Positions 1-12,133 of a stretch of 51,793 nucleotides of DNA are shown here, piece after piece (position 1 is the first letter of the stretch; every line of letters starts with the position of its first letter). Source of the stretch: Rhizaria sp. SCN 62-66. Its lineage: Eukaryota. The notes under the pieces are model-generated. The model saw only the letters and a program-made list of their open reading frames with translations, was not told the origin of the DNA and did not search any database. The DNA is taken from NCBI GenBank assembly GCA_001724265.1, contig MEDY01000207.1, positions 1 to 51,793 of the forward strand, read 5' to 3'. A program made the position numbers and the translations under genes.

Positions 1-171
1 GGACGCGGCAGCGAGGTCACCCTGGGCAGCAGCCTCGACCATGTTGCGGACCTGGAACTTCTTCACAGCCTTGTCCTTGGGGACGCAGCGGCGGCAGTTG
101 GAGCAACGAACGAACTTGGCAGCGCCACGACCGTAGCGATCCTTGCCACCATTACGACGCTTCTTGGGCAT
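1..171 (-). CDS. RPS26: 40S ribosomal protein S26 (eS26), 3' part outside window
   Basis: Reverse complement from ATG at 171 reads [49 protein letters not shown], the eS26 N-terminus with its Cys Zn ligands. Not in the ORF track because it runs off the window edge. Confidence 0.96.
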   Translation of the reverse strand, partial: MPKKRRNGGKDRYGRGAAKFVRCSNCRRCVPKDKAVKKFQVRNMVEAAAQGDLAAAS

Positions 172-177
172 TTGGAG

Positions 178-514
178 CTACAGAAGAGAAAAGGGGGGTG
201 GGAGCACAGAGAGCAAGAGCAAGAGTGGGGGGGGGGAGCGTCTAGATGAGACGATTTGTACGGCAAAACGAGGAAGTGCAGGATGGCGGGAGCGTTCATG
301 GGCAATTAAAGAGCAAGAGCTGGCTTAGCAAAATAGTAGGATTCGTTCCAGAGGTCCGGGACCCAGTTGGGAAGCTAGAACAAACCGGCCGCAGGAACAC
401 TGCGGGGGTCCGACCCTCAGGGCGACTCAAACAAACCCCGCCATGATACGGAAACAAGCGTGAGAGAACCTGCGGGTTATGCTCAAGATAGAAAAGATGG
501 CATATAATCCTTAC
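178..514 (-). other. 5'-UTR intron of RPS26
   Basis: GTAAGG donor at 514; long pyrimidine tract and TAG acceptor ending at 178, 6 nt before the ATG. Confidence 0.65.
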
Positions 515-559
515 GTAAAACAGTAGTTGTAAATAACGCAGTGCAAGTCCAGAACAGTG

Positions 560-725
560 CCATCTCGGGGCGCGGCCGGGTCCCCCGACTGTCCCGCGGT
601 GTGGGCCGGCTCTAAGTGCCGGGCAGGCCGGCTAAGGGGCGACCGTGAGACGGACGGCCGATCGGTCGGTAAAAAGGAGTGTAGTGTGGGCCCCGTATCC
701 CCCTTCAGCACGTGGGGGCGACGTA
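560..725. promoter_or_regulatory. GC-rich bidirectional promoter (RPS26 / desaturase) with GTGTGGGCC and GGGGCGAC motifs
   Basis: GC island between divergent genes. GTGTGGGCC at 599-607 and 684-692; GGGGCGAC at 636-643 and 715-722. The same words recur upstream of RPS2. Confidence 0.5.
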
Positions 726-774
726 GTCGGAATTGATTACTTGTTCTCTTTCTGGCTGGACAAGAGGATTAAAA

Positions 775-1899
775 ATGGCTTCAACGGCTGTTAAAAAGGA
801 CTATGTGTCACACCACATGCCCGTGGCGCGCGTCACGGACACTATCCGCGCTATCAAGGGTGTTAGCAAACCGATGGAGCTGCCGTCGGACGTCTACACC
901 ACGACCGAGGCTCCCAAGGTCTCCCGCCAGATGACGACGTCGCGCAAGATTGCCGCCGGCATTATCTTCGCTTCCCACGTCTTCGGCCTTATCGGCGTGT
1001 ACCAGATGCTGACCATGCCCGGGCTCATGGGCCTCAAGTGCTTCATGGGCTGCATGCTCATCTACGTGCTGACGGGCACGACGGGCGTCACGGCCGGCGT
1101 CCACCGCCTCTGGGCGCACCGCTCCTACAAGGCCAAGTGGCCCGCTCGCCTCATCCTCGCCTTCTGCAACACGATCGCGAACCAGTCGTCGATCTACCAC
1201 TGGGCGATCGAGCACCGCGTGCACCACCGCCATGTCGACACCGACGCCGACCCGCACAACATCAACCGCGGCTTCTTCTTCGCCCACATGGGTTGGCTCT
1301 TCGCGCCCCGCACCGACGCCTTCGCCGCCGCGCGCAAGGAGATCGACGACTCTGACCTCCGCGCCGACCCCATCGTGATGTTCCAGGACCGCCACTACGC
1401 CTGGCTGTCGATCCTGCTCTGCTACGTCATGCCCACCATCCTCGGCGCGCCCTTCGTCGGCGGCTCCTACTGGAAGGCCTTCTGCATTTTTGCCATGTTC
1501 CGCTGGACGCTCACGCTGCACGTCACCTGGACTGTCAACTCCGTCGCCCACACCTTCGGCACGCGCCCCTACCGCCCCGAGGAGAAGGCCACCGAGTTCG
1601 CCCCCGTGTCTTTCTTCTCCGGCGGCGAGGGCTGGCACAACTACCACCACGCCTTCCCCTGGGACTACGCCGCCTCGGAGACCTCGGCCGACATCTTTTG
1701 GCGCTTCAACCTCGCGCGCTTCTGGATCGACTCGTTCGCCGCGCTCGGCTGGGTGCACGACCGCAAGGTGCAGCGCAACGTTTGGGGCGTGCCGCTCACC
1801 TGCCCCGGAGAGGCGCCCGTGCCGGCCGGCGCCCACGGCCACAGCCACGGCCACCACGGCGCGCACGCCGCGCCCGCCGTCGCCGAGGCCAAGCAGTAA
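775..1899 (+). CDS. Delta-9 (stearoyl-CoA type) fatty acid desaturase, intronless
   Basis: His boxes HRLWAH, HRVHH and HNYHH; DPHN..RGFFFAHMGW; VNSVAH; hydrophobic segments. First ATG at 775, TAA stop. No fused cytochrome b5 domain. Confidence 0.93.
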   Translation: MASTAVKKDYVSHHMPVARVTDTIRAIKGVSKPMELPSDVYTTTEAPKVSRQMTTSRKIAAGIIFASHVFGLIGVYQMLTMPGLMGLKCFMGCMLIYVLTGTTGVTAGVHRLWAHRSYKAKWPARLILAFCNTIANQSSIYHWAIEHRVHHRHVDTDADPHNINRGFFFAHMGWLFAPRTDAFAAARKEIDDSDLRADPIVMFQDRHYAWLSILLCYVMPTILGAPFVGGSYWKAFCIFAMFRWTLTLHVTWTVNSVAHTFGTRPYRPEEKATEFAPVSFFSGGEGWHNYHHAFPWDYAASETSADIFWRFNLARFWIDSFAALGWVHDRKVQRNVWGVPLTCPGEAPVPAGAHGHSHGHHGAHAAPAVAEAKQ

Positions 1900-2547
1900 G
1901 CAGTCAGTGCACGGTCGATGTCGCTGACGCTGTGTCTCTGCACTTCTCATGATTCATGCGCGTTGATACGTGGGTGATTTATGAGAGTTTTCATGTCAAC
2001 ATTGTCTTAATATGTCCTCTGTCCTCCCTCCTCTCCGTCTTTTGTGCGCGTGGTATCATCTGCAACTCCTGACTGTTTATGTCTGCAATTGTTTACTGAC
2101 GACGCCGCCGCGAAAGCTAACCTCAAGTAATACAACATTGTTCCATTGAACTCCAATGCTCCTCCTCTATCTCTATCTCACATCTCACGCGAAACACTAA
2201 TCAATAAACTACAATGCAATCCGTACATCATGTTGTACATCATGGGATGAAACACTTAAAGCAACAGTGCGGGCTTACTACGGGACACATGGGATAAATA
2301 AACAAACACGAGAGACGCAAAGCAAGTAATGTCGAGCATTGTATGAGATGAAAAAGAATCTAGAAGTAATAGTAGTAGCGGACGCGATGGTGTATTAGAT
2401 CATCAAGTGACAAGCAACACTTGTCTCTCATGCAAGAGCAAGAACTCAAATACCGACTTTATGACAACAGATAGAACGCACAGGCGTGTTGTTTTTCAGC
2501 ACGCCTGACGACGACTACCAAAGTAGCACGAGGCGATGTTTGGGCAC

Positions 2548-3357
2548 TTACGCGACAACCTTCTTGGTCTTGGAAGCCTTGAGGTAGTCGGAGAACTCCT
2601 GGTAGGGGGACATGGGGAGCTCGCCAACCTTCCAGAACTCGGGTGAGAGGAAGGTGTAAGTCTTGCGGAGAGCGTAGAACGCAGCGAAGACGAAGTTACC
2701 GATGGTGCGGGTACGGCCGTGCGAGCAGGTGTAGGCATCGGAGACACCGGCCATGATGAGGACGCGCTTGACGGTGTTGGCAGCGACGAGGCCGGTGCCG
2801 CGGGGGGCGGGGATGATGCGGCAGAGGACGGAGCCGCAGCGGCCGGTGACCTTGAAGGGGACGGTGTGGGGAGCACCGGCACGGGAGCCCCAGTAGCCAC
2901 GGCGGACGGGGATGACGTTGAGCTTAGCATCAACAATGGCACCACGGATGGAGCCGGCAGCCTCCTTAGCGCAACGAACGCCAAGGCCGACGTGGCCATT
3001 GCTGTCACCGACGAGCACCCAGGCCTTGAAGCGAGTCTGCTGACCAGCAGAAGAAGCACGCTGCACGGGCGAGAGGTGGATCATCTCATCCTTGAGCTTG
3101 TCGCCGAGGAAAAAGTCGACGATCTGGTACTCCTTGATGGGGAGAGCGAACAGGAAGATGTCGTCGAGAGACTTGATCTTCTTGTCCTTGACCAGACGGC
3201 CGAGCTTAGTGGTGGGAACCCACTCCTCCTTGCCATCGCGGGCACCACGGCCACGGCCGCCGGCACGGCGGGGGCCACGGCCGCGGCCGCGCTCGTCCTG
3301 GCCGCCGAAGCCGGCCTTGAAACCATCGCGTTGAGTAGGAGCAGCGTCAGAGCTCAT
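2548..3357 (-). CDS. RPS2: 40S ribosomal protein S2 (uS5)
   Basis: RG-rich N-terminus, [46 protein letters not shown]. Confidence 0.98.
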   Translation of the reverse strand: MSSDAAPTQRDGFKAGFGGQDERGRGRGPRRAGGRGRGARDGKEEWVPTTKLGRLVKDKKIKSLDDIFLFALPIKEYQIVDFFLGDKLKDEMIHLSPVQRASSAGQQTRFKAWVLVGDSNGHVGLGVRCAKEAAGSIRGAIVDAKLNVIPVRRGYWGSRAGAPHTVPFKVTGRCGSVLCRIIPAPRGTGLVAANTVKRVLIMAGVSDAYTCSHGRTRTIGNFVFAAFYALRKTYTFLSPEFWKVGELPMSPYQEFSDYLKASKTKKVVA

Positions 3358-3363
3358 TGTCCG

Positions 3364-3632
3364 CTAGAACTGAGAGCGCAAAACAGGGAATAACAAAGGC
3401 GGAGAGGGAAGAACAAGAGATGAGAATAGGACTATAGGTCGGTACAATATCGCCATAAGAAAGAAAGGGACATTGGAAGGCAGGGGAGTGCGCGCAAAGG
3501 GTGGCGAAAAGAAGCCCACCAAAGCGTGAAATGGGCTGCGTCCGGACCCCCGGATACCATCCACAACGCGACCATATGAAAATGCCATAAAGCAAACCAG
3601 TTAGTATACACCATCAGCTGTCAATAACATAC
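3364..3632 (-). other. 5'-UTR intron of RPS2
   Basis: GTATGT donor at 3632; pyrimidine tract and TAG acceptor ending at 3364, 6 nt before the ATG. Confidence 0.6.
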
Positions 3633-3684
3633 ATCAATATATCAACAACGCGACTCTATCATCCATTAAGGCGTCGTCCAAGTC

Positions 3685-3810
3685 TGCTCTCGGGGCCCAC
3701 ACCGCGGACAGAGTGCGGGGGCGACTTAAGTTAAAGTCCTTCGACCAGCCTGACCGTGCTCACAGTCGGTGCCAGTCAGTCTGTACGATCGATCGATCGA
3801 CCGACTTGGA
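3685..3810. promoter_or_regulatory. RPS2 / membrane-protein divergent promoter with ribosomal-protein-type motif
   Basis: GGCCCACACCGCGGACAG (3694-3711) nearly matches the reverse complement of 589-607; GGGGCGAC at 3718-3725. Confidence 0.5.
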
Positions 3811-3927
3811 AGTCACACCTGAGGGTGAAGTGGGGTATATCTGGTGTGAGCTGTAGCAACCGTCCATTGCTTTGGTTTTCTGTTCTTGGCATTAAGTGGC
3901 AAAACACCTGCGTGTTTTATTCACAAA

Positions 3928-6900
3928 ATGCAAGAATCGTATCATAACGCCTTCTTTTCGGACTCGAACGCTGTCGCGTTGAAGCCAGAGGACGCAAATT
4001 CTCTCGCCTCTTCGAACGACTTCTTTGATGTAGACGCTAAGATTGAGGTACGCAGCTCAAGTATACTTTGAAATACTACTTGCAACAGATTATATTTGGA
4101 GATTGCTCTTATATCTTACTATTACCTAGCGCAAATCCTGTCTGTAAATAAGCTCACCGCCAACGTCATTATGTGTATCACATCTCGCCCCTCATAACGC
4201 TGCACAGCCATGTGCTCTCGCTAAAGAGGTGTCTCTCTACCACCGCTATGTGCGTCTGCTGACGGGCATCTCCCCCGTCTGCACCACACTCGCACCTGAG
4301 GCCCGCCGTCCCCCTAGCGAGCTGTTCGCTCGCGCCCCTGACCGCGCTCGCAACAACGACACTAACACAGGTATCAACTCCAGTAGCGGCGCAGCAACGC
4401 CCGCTGTGTCGTCCTCCTTGTCAGTTTCATCTGACTCAACACGGCCCGTGTCCATGACGCATCGCCTGCTTGCGATGTCCCTTAACACGTGGCAAATCAT
4501 CGTCTTCATCCTCGCCGCCGTGGTCCACGCCGTGACGTCGACGCTCATCGCCTTCCACTCCCCCGCCGAGGTGCACCACCCGTTCTTCACGGCTCTAGGC
4601 GCCGCGCTCGACATCCCGCTGGTGTACTTCTCGCTGCACGCCGCGGCGCACTTCGTCCGCCTCTCGCTGCTCCCGCTTCTGACGTCGACGACGCTGTCGA
4701 GCGCCACGGTATACCCCGCCACGCTGCACGAGTGCCGCCGCGCGCTGTCGCGCCCCGCGCTGCTCGCGCTCGCGCTCACCGTCGCCGGCGCGCTTTCGGG
4801 CGCGCACCACGCGCTGGGGCTGTGTCTGCTGGGGGTGGCGGCCGTACGCGTGCCGCCGCTGCCGGGCTGGCTGCCCGCGGCGCCGACGCCCGCGATGGTG
4901 GCCAGCTACCGCGCGATGCTGATGCACCACGCGGGCCTCACATCCACGGGCGAGCTGCTCTCGGACACGTCGCACGCGTCGGCCTTCACGCGCTTCAACT
5001 ACCAGTACTCGTCGCTGGCGACGAACCTGGCCACCGCGCAGGCCGTCTCGGGGCACGAGGTGACGGGCCAGAGTGCGGGGGCGGGGGGACTCATGGGGTT
5101 TAGCATCGTCAACAAGGTTGTGCGCTACTTCACCACGACCAATGACGGCGGCGACGACTTCGACGACGAGGACGAGGCCGAGAGCCTCAGCGAAAAGGCT
5201 AGAGCCAAGGCCACCGCCGCGGCCGCGAGAAAGGCGGCGGCGATGACCAAGAGCGAGAAGGCCGCCGCCAAGGCCTTCATCCGCGCGCTGCACCGGTCGG
5301 AGAAGGGAGAACGCATGCTCACGGTCGCCATGCCGGGAAGTAAGGTCGCCAAGCGCAGCAACGCCGCCGACATGACCCTGTCGCTCAGCTCCAGCGGCAG
5401 AAAGGGCAAGGGTAAGGGCCGCCGGGCGAATTCTAAGGGCAAGGGTAAGGGCAATGGTGGTCGCAGCCGCGGTAAGGGCAAGGGCAAAGGCAAGGGCAAA
5501 GGCAAGGGTAAGGGCAAGGGCAAGGGCAACAAGGCCAAGGCTGCTGTCGATCTCTCTACGACTGCCGCTGCGACTGCCGCTGCGGGCTCTACTGAGCCCG
5601 TTGCCGAGGCCGACGCCGACACCGACTCCGTGATCGACGCGCTCGACGACGACGCTGACGTGGACACGGGCGCGGTGGACGGCTACGACGACAGCGCGGC
5701 CACGAGCACCCTCGCCGAGGCCGATGAGGCTGAGACTGAGACTGACCACGGCCACGACTCTGGTGAGGCTGAGCATGACCCCAGCTCTAGCCCGAGCTCC
5801 ATCACCAGCTTTACCACCAGCGCCGTGGCCGCCGCCAACGCGGTCGGCAGCCCCGCGAGCGCTGACGGCGCGGCAATGGACAGCACGGCAGCGGACGGCG
5901 CGGCGTTCGTGGTGGTCCCGGGCCCTGCGCCGCACATCGGCGGCGTGCCCACGGTGCCGCTCTGGTTGCTGCTGCTCAACATCCCCGCCGCGGCGCTCGT
6001 CGCCATCGCCACGCCGCTGGGCGTCGCAGTCTTTGCCGCCGTTATCGGGCTGCTCACCGCGCGCACGCGGTCGGTGTGGCGCGCGCTGTCATACGACCGG
6101 CTGTGCCCCATCACGTCGGTGCAACCACGCGCCCGCGACATCGACATCTGCCTTACGCACGTCGAGCGCAACTACGCCATGCCCGCATTCATGGTCTTCG
6201 TCATAGTTGCCGTGCAGTTCATCTTCCGCACGCTCGCATACATCACCGACAAGCCCCGTACGTCAGATATCACGCGCCATAATCATGATTTGCTGTATCA
6301 TCCCACTTCTTGCATCTTTTTTATCTAACTCGCGTCTCTGTATATTCCTTGTGTTTCCTTCGACTTATTAACTTCACAGACGACGCGACGGCGCCGAACC
6401 TACCTCAGATGTTGCTGACAGTGGCCATCACCCCCGTGATCCTCTCCTCGCTCGTCCTCTTCACGCTCGCGGCCCTCACGTCCAACATCGCGTACCTCAA
6501 CAAGGTCGTGCACCGCTACTACGTGCAGGCGCGCCTCTACAGCGCGGTCCGCCAGCAGGTCGCCAAGGCGCTTCTCTTAACCTCGGCAGCCGCCACCGCC
6601 AACGCGGCGCTGCCAGACAGCAGCAACAGCAACAGCGGCGTGATCGGCATCGCGATCGCGGTGGCGGGCGCGGTGGCCGCGGCGGCGACCGAGGCGGCTG
6701 TGGCGGGGCTGGAGGCGGCGGACGCGGCGGCGGAGCTCGAGGCCGACTCGGACGACGACTACGACTACGACTACTACACGAACGAGGGCGACGACGACGG
6801 CAATGAGGACGGGGACACCGTCACGAAGCGCAAGGGCGGCGACAAGAAGAAAGGCAAGAAGGGCAAGGACAAGAAGGAAAAGCACCACAGCCACGCTAAG

Positions 6901-7392
6901 GACAAGGACAAGACCAAGTCGGCTGCGGTGTCCTCCGTCGTCTCTGTCTTCAGCGACGACACGGCGACCGTGCTGGGTGACGCCGACGCCGACGCGGACG
7001 CCGCGCAGCCGCAGGAGACCAAGGCTGAGCGCAAGCGCCGCCGCGCCGCCGCCAAGCTGGACAAGCAGCGGCGCCGCGCGGCCGCCACGCTGCCACCCGA
7101 CCCGCCGCTGACGGTGCGCGAATATGAGTCGCACTGGCGCCTGCCCGTGGCGTCGTCGCTGGGCCTGGCCGTGACGGCCGTGGAGCCCGCGGCGTGGTCG
7201 TCATCCTGGCACGAGGGCTCGCGCGAGCACCAGGAGATGCTGCTGGGACAGCTCGTCGACTCGACCGAGCTGCTCGTCGCGTTCCACTTCATGGGTTGGG
7301 AGGTGCACTACTCCACCGCGTGGTCCTACATCGCGGCCGGCGCGGCCTTCTTCTCCAGTATGATGAAGGACAAGGCGCGCGAGCTCATCTAA
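3928..7392 (+). CDS. Multipass membrane protein (~1060 aa) with low-complexity loops; possible 7TM ion channel / gustatory-receptor-like. Exons 3928-4047, 4208-6257, 6380-7392
   Basis: GTACGC/CAG and GTACGT/CAG introns join the ORFs in frame. Multiple hydrophobic helices; C-terminal FHFMGWEVHYSTAWSYIAAGAAFF segment. Confidence 0.75.
5402..5529 (+). repeat. Coding (AAGGGY)n repeat giving a KG dipeptide tract
   Basis: ggtaagggcaagggcaaaggcaag... encodes GKGKGKGKGKGKGKGKGKG. Confidence 0.85.
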
Positions 7393-7677
7393 GCATGACC
7401 CATCCCTGTCCCGTATTTATGTGCCACGTCGAAGGGGGTCAAGCTAGAACCTGAAATTATACTTGTTATATAGAGATTTATTAAAAAACAATCTGAATAT
7501 TATCGCTAACTAAATGAATACAACGATTATGCTTTCAAAACCCAACATGGATGTTATGATGTTAAAGAATACGATGTATTGTACGTAGACATAATAGCAG
7601 AGTGAACAAACCAAACAATCTCTAAAGCATAAATAACTTTCCTAAAAAATCATAATTACAACGAACTCCACACTGCT

Positions 7678-10600
7678 TTAGATGCCGAAGATATCTGCGA
7701 GACTGATCCAGTGATGGCTGAAGCGCTCGAGCAGCGCGTTGACGTGGCGGTGCACCTTGTAGAAGACCTGCTGCTCCTCAACCGTGAGCGTCGCGTCAAC
7801 GGGTCCCAGGGCGCTGGTGGCGACGGCGGCGGCGTTCTTGACGCGCCACTGCTGCTCGGCCTCGATCGCCGTCGCCGCGGCGTCGACGTCGAAGAGCCAC
7901 GCGTAGTACGACACCTGGTTGTACACTGCCGAGTCCGACAGGTCGCGCTTGACGGCCTCGAACGCGGTGTCGTGGCGCCCGCCGAGCGCGCGCAGAGCGA
8001 CCGACGGGTCGCGGGTCGCGTCGTGGCCCTCTGGCTTGAGCTGTGACGAAGCGTAGCGGCGCAGGAGCCCGTGGATGGCGACCGAGAGCGTGTTGCACAC
8101 GACGGTGGCCACAAGGTCAGGGCTCTCGTTCGCGCCGCCGCAGCCCGGCGTGGGGCAGCGGAGCCCGCAGATGCCGCCAGAAGTGGCCGCGCCGCCGGCG
8201 GAGACGGGCGCGACGAGGCGCTGCACCGCCGCCGGGTCCGTGTGCAGGCGCGCCATCAGGAGCTCCATGGTGAGGCCGCTGTCGCCGGTGGCCAGCAGCG
8301 ACTGGCTGGCGCCGCTGGACTTGGATTCGGCGGCCTCGGCCTCGACGAGCGACTTGAGGTGCGTGAGCTGGCTCGCCTGAACGAAGTTGTACACGCCGGG
8401 GTAGTGGTAGCTCACGTCGCACACAGGGCACACGATCTTGAGCGGCGTGCACTGCTTGTACTTGTCGTAGAGTGACGACGCCGAGTCCGCGTCCTCGTCG
8501 TCGTTGCCGAAGACGTCGGAGTAGCTGCTCGCGCCGCCAGACGCGGCGGCGCGCGCGCGACGGAAGCGGCTGGCGTCGAGGCCGAGCGCGAGTGCGAGCT
8601 GCTCGGGCGTGATATCCTCGATGACCTCGCAGAGACGCATGATCGGGGGAAGAATCTGCTGCTCCTTGTAGTACTTGATGTCGATGACGGGTGCCACGGA
8701 AGGGGTGCCTCTCGCCGGCTTCTTCGCCTTGGCGAGCGCGTCGGTGAACGTCGTCTTATGCATCGCACGCTCCGCGATCGAGCCGCTGCCCTCGGTGAAA
8801 ACGTATTCGATGACGTCGTTGACGCGCACAACCTTGCCCTCGTTGATCATGGCGAGCGCGACGTTGACGTGCGGCAGCGCCTTGATGTCGGCGTAGTCCT
8901 CCGGGGGCTTGCTCAGCGACTTTGTCATGACGAACTTGTCGAGCGGCACCTCGCCACTGTCAATCTGCTTGCTCAGCTCCTCCAAGAAGACGCGGATCGC
9001 GCTCACGAGGTCGTCGCGCGCGCGGTCGGCGAGGATCAGCCCGAGCACGTGGTCCGCAGCCTCGCGGGAGATGGGCGCCCAGTCACGGCGCACGGAGTCG
9101 AGACCCTTGGCCGTGCGCTCGAAGCGCAGCAGCTTCTCCTGCGGCGCATACGACTCGCGGTCCACGCGGTACACCGTGGAGCTAGACTGCGAGTCGCGCG
9201 CGTTGATCTTGGCCTCGTCGTCGAACATGTGCTTGTTGCGCTCGTCGATCAGCGTCTCCTCAGTGAGCTTCAGCGCGGCGTACTTCTTCTTCTTGAGCAG
9301 AAGCATCGACTTGAACATACCGTCGTCGCCGATGCGGAGGATCTTGTACGGCTTGTTGATCGCCTTGCGGATGTTGGCAGACTGGTCGCGAGCGAGCTTA
9401 AGCGAGCTGGTGAGCGTGTTGACCATGATCGAGTCGGTATCACCGTAGATGACGCTGCCGCGGAGCACCTCTGCGGTGCTCACAGCGGCCTCGAGTGCGC
9501 GACGGCCCTGCGTGGTGATCAGCGCGGCGATGGGCTGGCAGTAGAAGCGCGACGACGGGAAACCGAGGCAACCGTACATGGAGTTGGCAACGAGCTTGAG
9601 CGCGAGCTGACGGATATTGAGCGACGAGCGCTCGCCGGCGTTCTTCTCGAGCTTAAGCATGTCGCGCACGACCTTACGACGCTCGATAAGATGACCGACG
9701 ACGCCGGGCAAAATACCCGTGGGGATGGCGTTGTTCTCGGCGTCGACGGCGGGCGGCAGCAGCGCGTCCAGGTCCTCGCACCGCACCCAGTGCGTCATGG
9801 TGCTGAAGCAAAGGTTGTACTCGCGGATAATCGACGGGTACAGCGAGTTGAAATCGAGCACGGCGACCCAGGTGTCGTAGAAGCCCTTCTTAGGCTCCAG
9901 CACACGGCCACCAACGTACTTGGCCTTGCCGCGCTTGCGGCTCTTCTTGCCCGAGACGGAGCTGGCCGCGTTGTTGGCCGAGACGTCGTCGATGGGCTCG
10001 CCGTCATCGCCGAGCCCCAGGCGGCGGTCGAGCGCCTCTCGGGCCTCGCGCTCCTTGGCGGTAAGCTTCTCAGGCGGGATGAAACCGGCGCGCGTGAAGG
10101 CGTGCAGCAGCAGGTACTCAACGCGCTCGGCACGGGCGGAGCGCAGCGTGCGCGACCAGAGGTTGCCGCACGTCATGGTGAGCTGCGCGGTGAGCGGGAT
10201 GAGCTCGAGCTTGAACATGAGCGCGAGCTGCACGTGCGCATCCTGCACGTTCATCGTCGCCAGCTCCAGAATCGAGTCGCTGCGGCCGAACATGAGCGCC
10301 GTGGCCGAGGCCGCGACCTCGCGCAGGTTGAGCTGCAGCTGCTCCTGCGCGAGGAACGGCAGCGTGAACATCTTGCTGCCCATGAGGAACTCCTGAGCGC
10401 TCAGCTGCGTGTCGACAAGCAGGCGGCCCGCGCCCGCGCCGGCATCGACGGGCGCCACGTGCACGCTCTCGCGCGGCGGGTTCGTGCGCTTCAGGCGGCC
10501 AATCTTCGACCACTGCTGGCCGACCTTGAGCTGGCGCGCGCGCTGCAGCAGGAGGTCCATGCCCCAGCCGTGGAGGTCGTGCGAGACGATGACGTCGGGA

Positions 10601-12133
10601 TCGCTTGACTCGAGCTTGCGCAGCAAGTGCATCAGGAGGATGTTCTCCGCGTCGAACGCGAGCAGCGCGCCATGGCGGAAGGCGCTGGCCTTGGTCTTGA
10701 AGTCGTGTGGCCATACCATGCCCTTAGGCGGGCGGATAAATGTCACCGTCTCCTTAGCCGCCTCGTCGAGGGTCTTGTTGTCGATGTTGACGCTGTTGTG
10801 GAAGCGCAGCGTCGCAGCCACAATCTCGTGCGTGTTGCTGTTGGGCACCAGCAGCGTCTTGAGCGACAGCGACGCGACCGACAGGTTCGGGCTCGGCAAG
10901 TCGATGCTCACGCTGCCCGCGGCGCCGGAGCTGCTGCCGGCAACAGCGTTGTTGTTGGCGTCGAGCACGGGCGCCTTAAAGAGCGTGACGTCGAACTGCG
11001 ACTCGACCTCGAACTCGAGCTCGCACCACGACACGTGGTTCTTGCGCTGCACGGCAACGGCGTTCTTGATGCTCAGCCACGAGGGACCCTTGAGGCCCTG
11101 GGACATGAGCACGAGCTCGGCCTTGCTGGCGCGGGTGCCGAACACGTGGCTGAACGTCTTGCCCTAAGATTGGAGAACAAGAAGAAAAAAAGATAACAAA
11201 TTGAGATAAGTATTCGCAGTGAGCGTACGCAATAATGACGAAATATGAACGGAGATGTGAGTAAAATAGAACTTATTAGTCCTCCATAGTACGTACCTGC
11301 ATCTCGCGGGGCAGCGGCTCGTACTCGGTCGAATAGAGCACGTGCAGGTACTCCGCGCTAGCGGGGATGATGTTCACGCCATCGAGCAGCGACGCGCGCT
11401 CAGGCGGGATCTCTCCTGGCGCAATGCTGGCAATGACGCCGTCCTCCTCGTCGTCGTCGTCGTCGCTGGGAACTGTCGCCTGCTTGCTCTCGTCGCCGTC
11501 CGCAGCGGCGGCCTTGGCCGCGGCCTTGGCGGCCTTGGCCTTGGCCTTGGCGCTGGCCTTGGCCTTGGCCGCGGCGGCGAGCGTCTCGTCCTCGGACATG
11601 AGCATCTTGCGCCCGAAGCAGTACTTCATCGTCACTGGCTTGGCCTCAATCTCGCTGACGCCGCGGCTCTGCATGAGAGTCTTGACTTCCATGAACACGT
11701 CGCCCGACGTCACCGCGTGTGAGGTCGTGGACTTGGGGTCAGTGGCGCTCGCGAGCTTGAGCCTGCGGGGCAGGATGTGAAGAGAGCGCTTGACGTTCTT
11801 GATCACGACGCAGCAGCTCGCGGTCTTGACCGTCGCCATGTCGACCTTATAGGGCGCGGCGTCCTTGCGCTGGCCCGCGGCGCGAGCAGCGGCGACGAGC
11901 TCGAGGTACGTGTCGCGGGTCATGGCTCGGCCAAACATATACACGTGGCTCGCAGCGGGGTTGACGCCGACGCTAGAGCCGAAGCCGTCGCGCAGCGAGC
12001 GCGCCGTCTCGGTCGACATGGGCTGTGCGTCACCCTCGTACATGTCGTACCAGAAAACGATCAAGTCGTTCAGGTCCGACGCCGCGAGGGCGCCGACAAG
12101 GGAGGCGTCCACAACCGCAGAGTCGGAGGACAT
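7678..12133 (-). CDS. POLA1: DNA polymerase alpha catalytic subunit. Exons 12133-11297, 11163-7678
   Basis: Family B motifs DFNSLYPSII, KLVANSMYGCLG, YGDTDS, LLLKKKKYAAL; Pol alpha-type GKTFSHVFGT and LKGPSWL. Phase-0 GTACGT...TAG intron. Confidence 0.96.
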
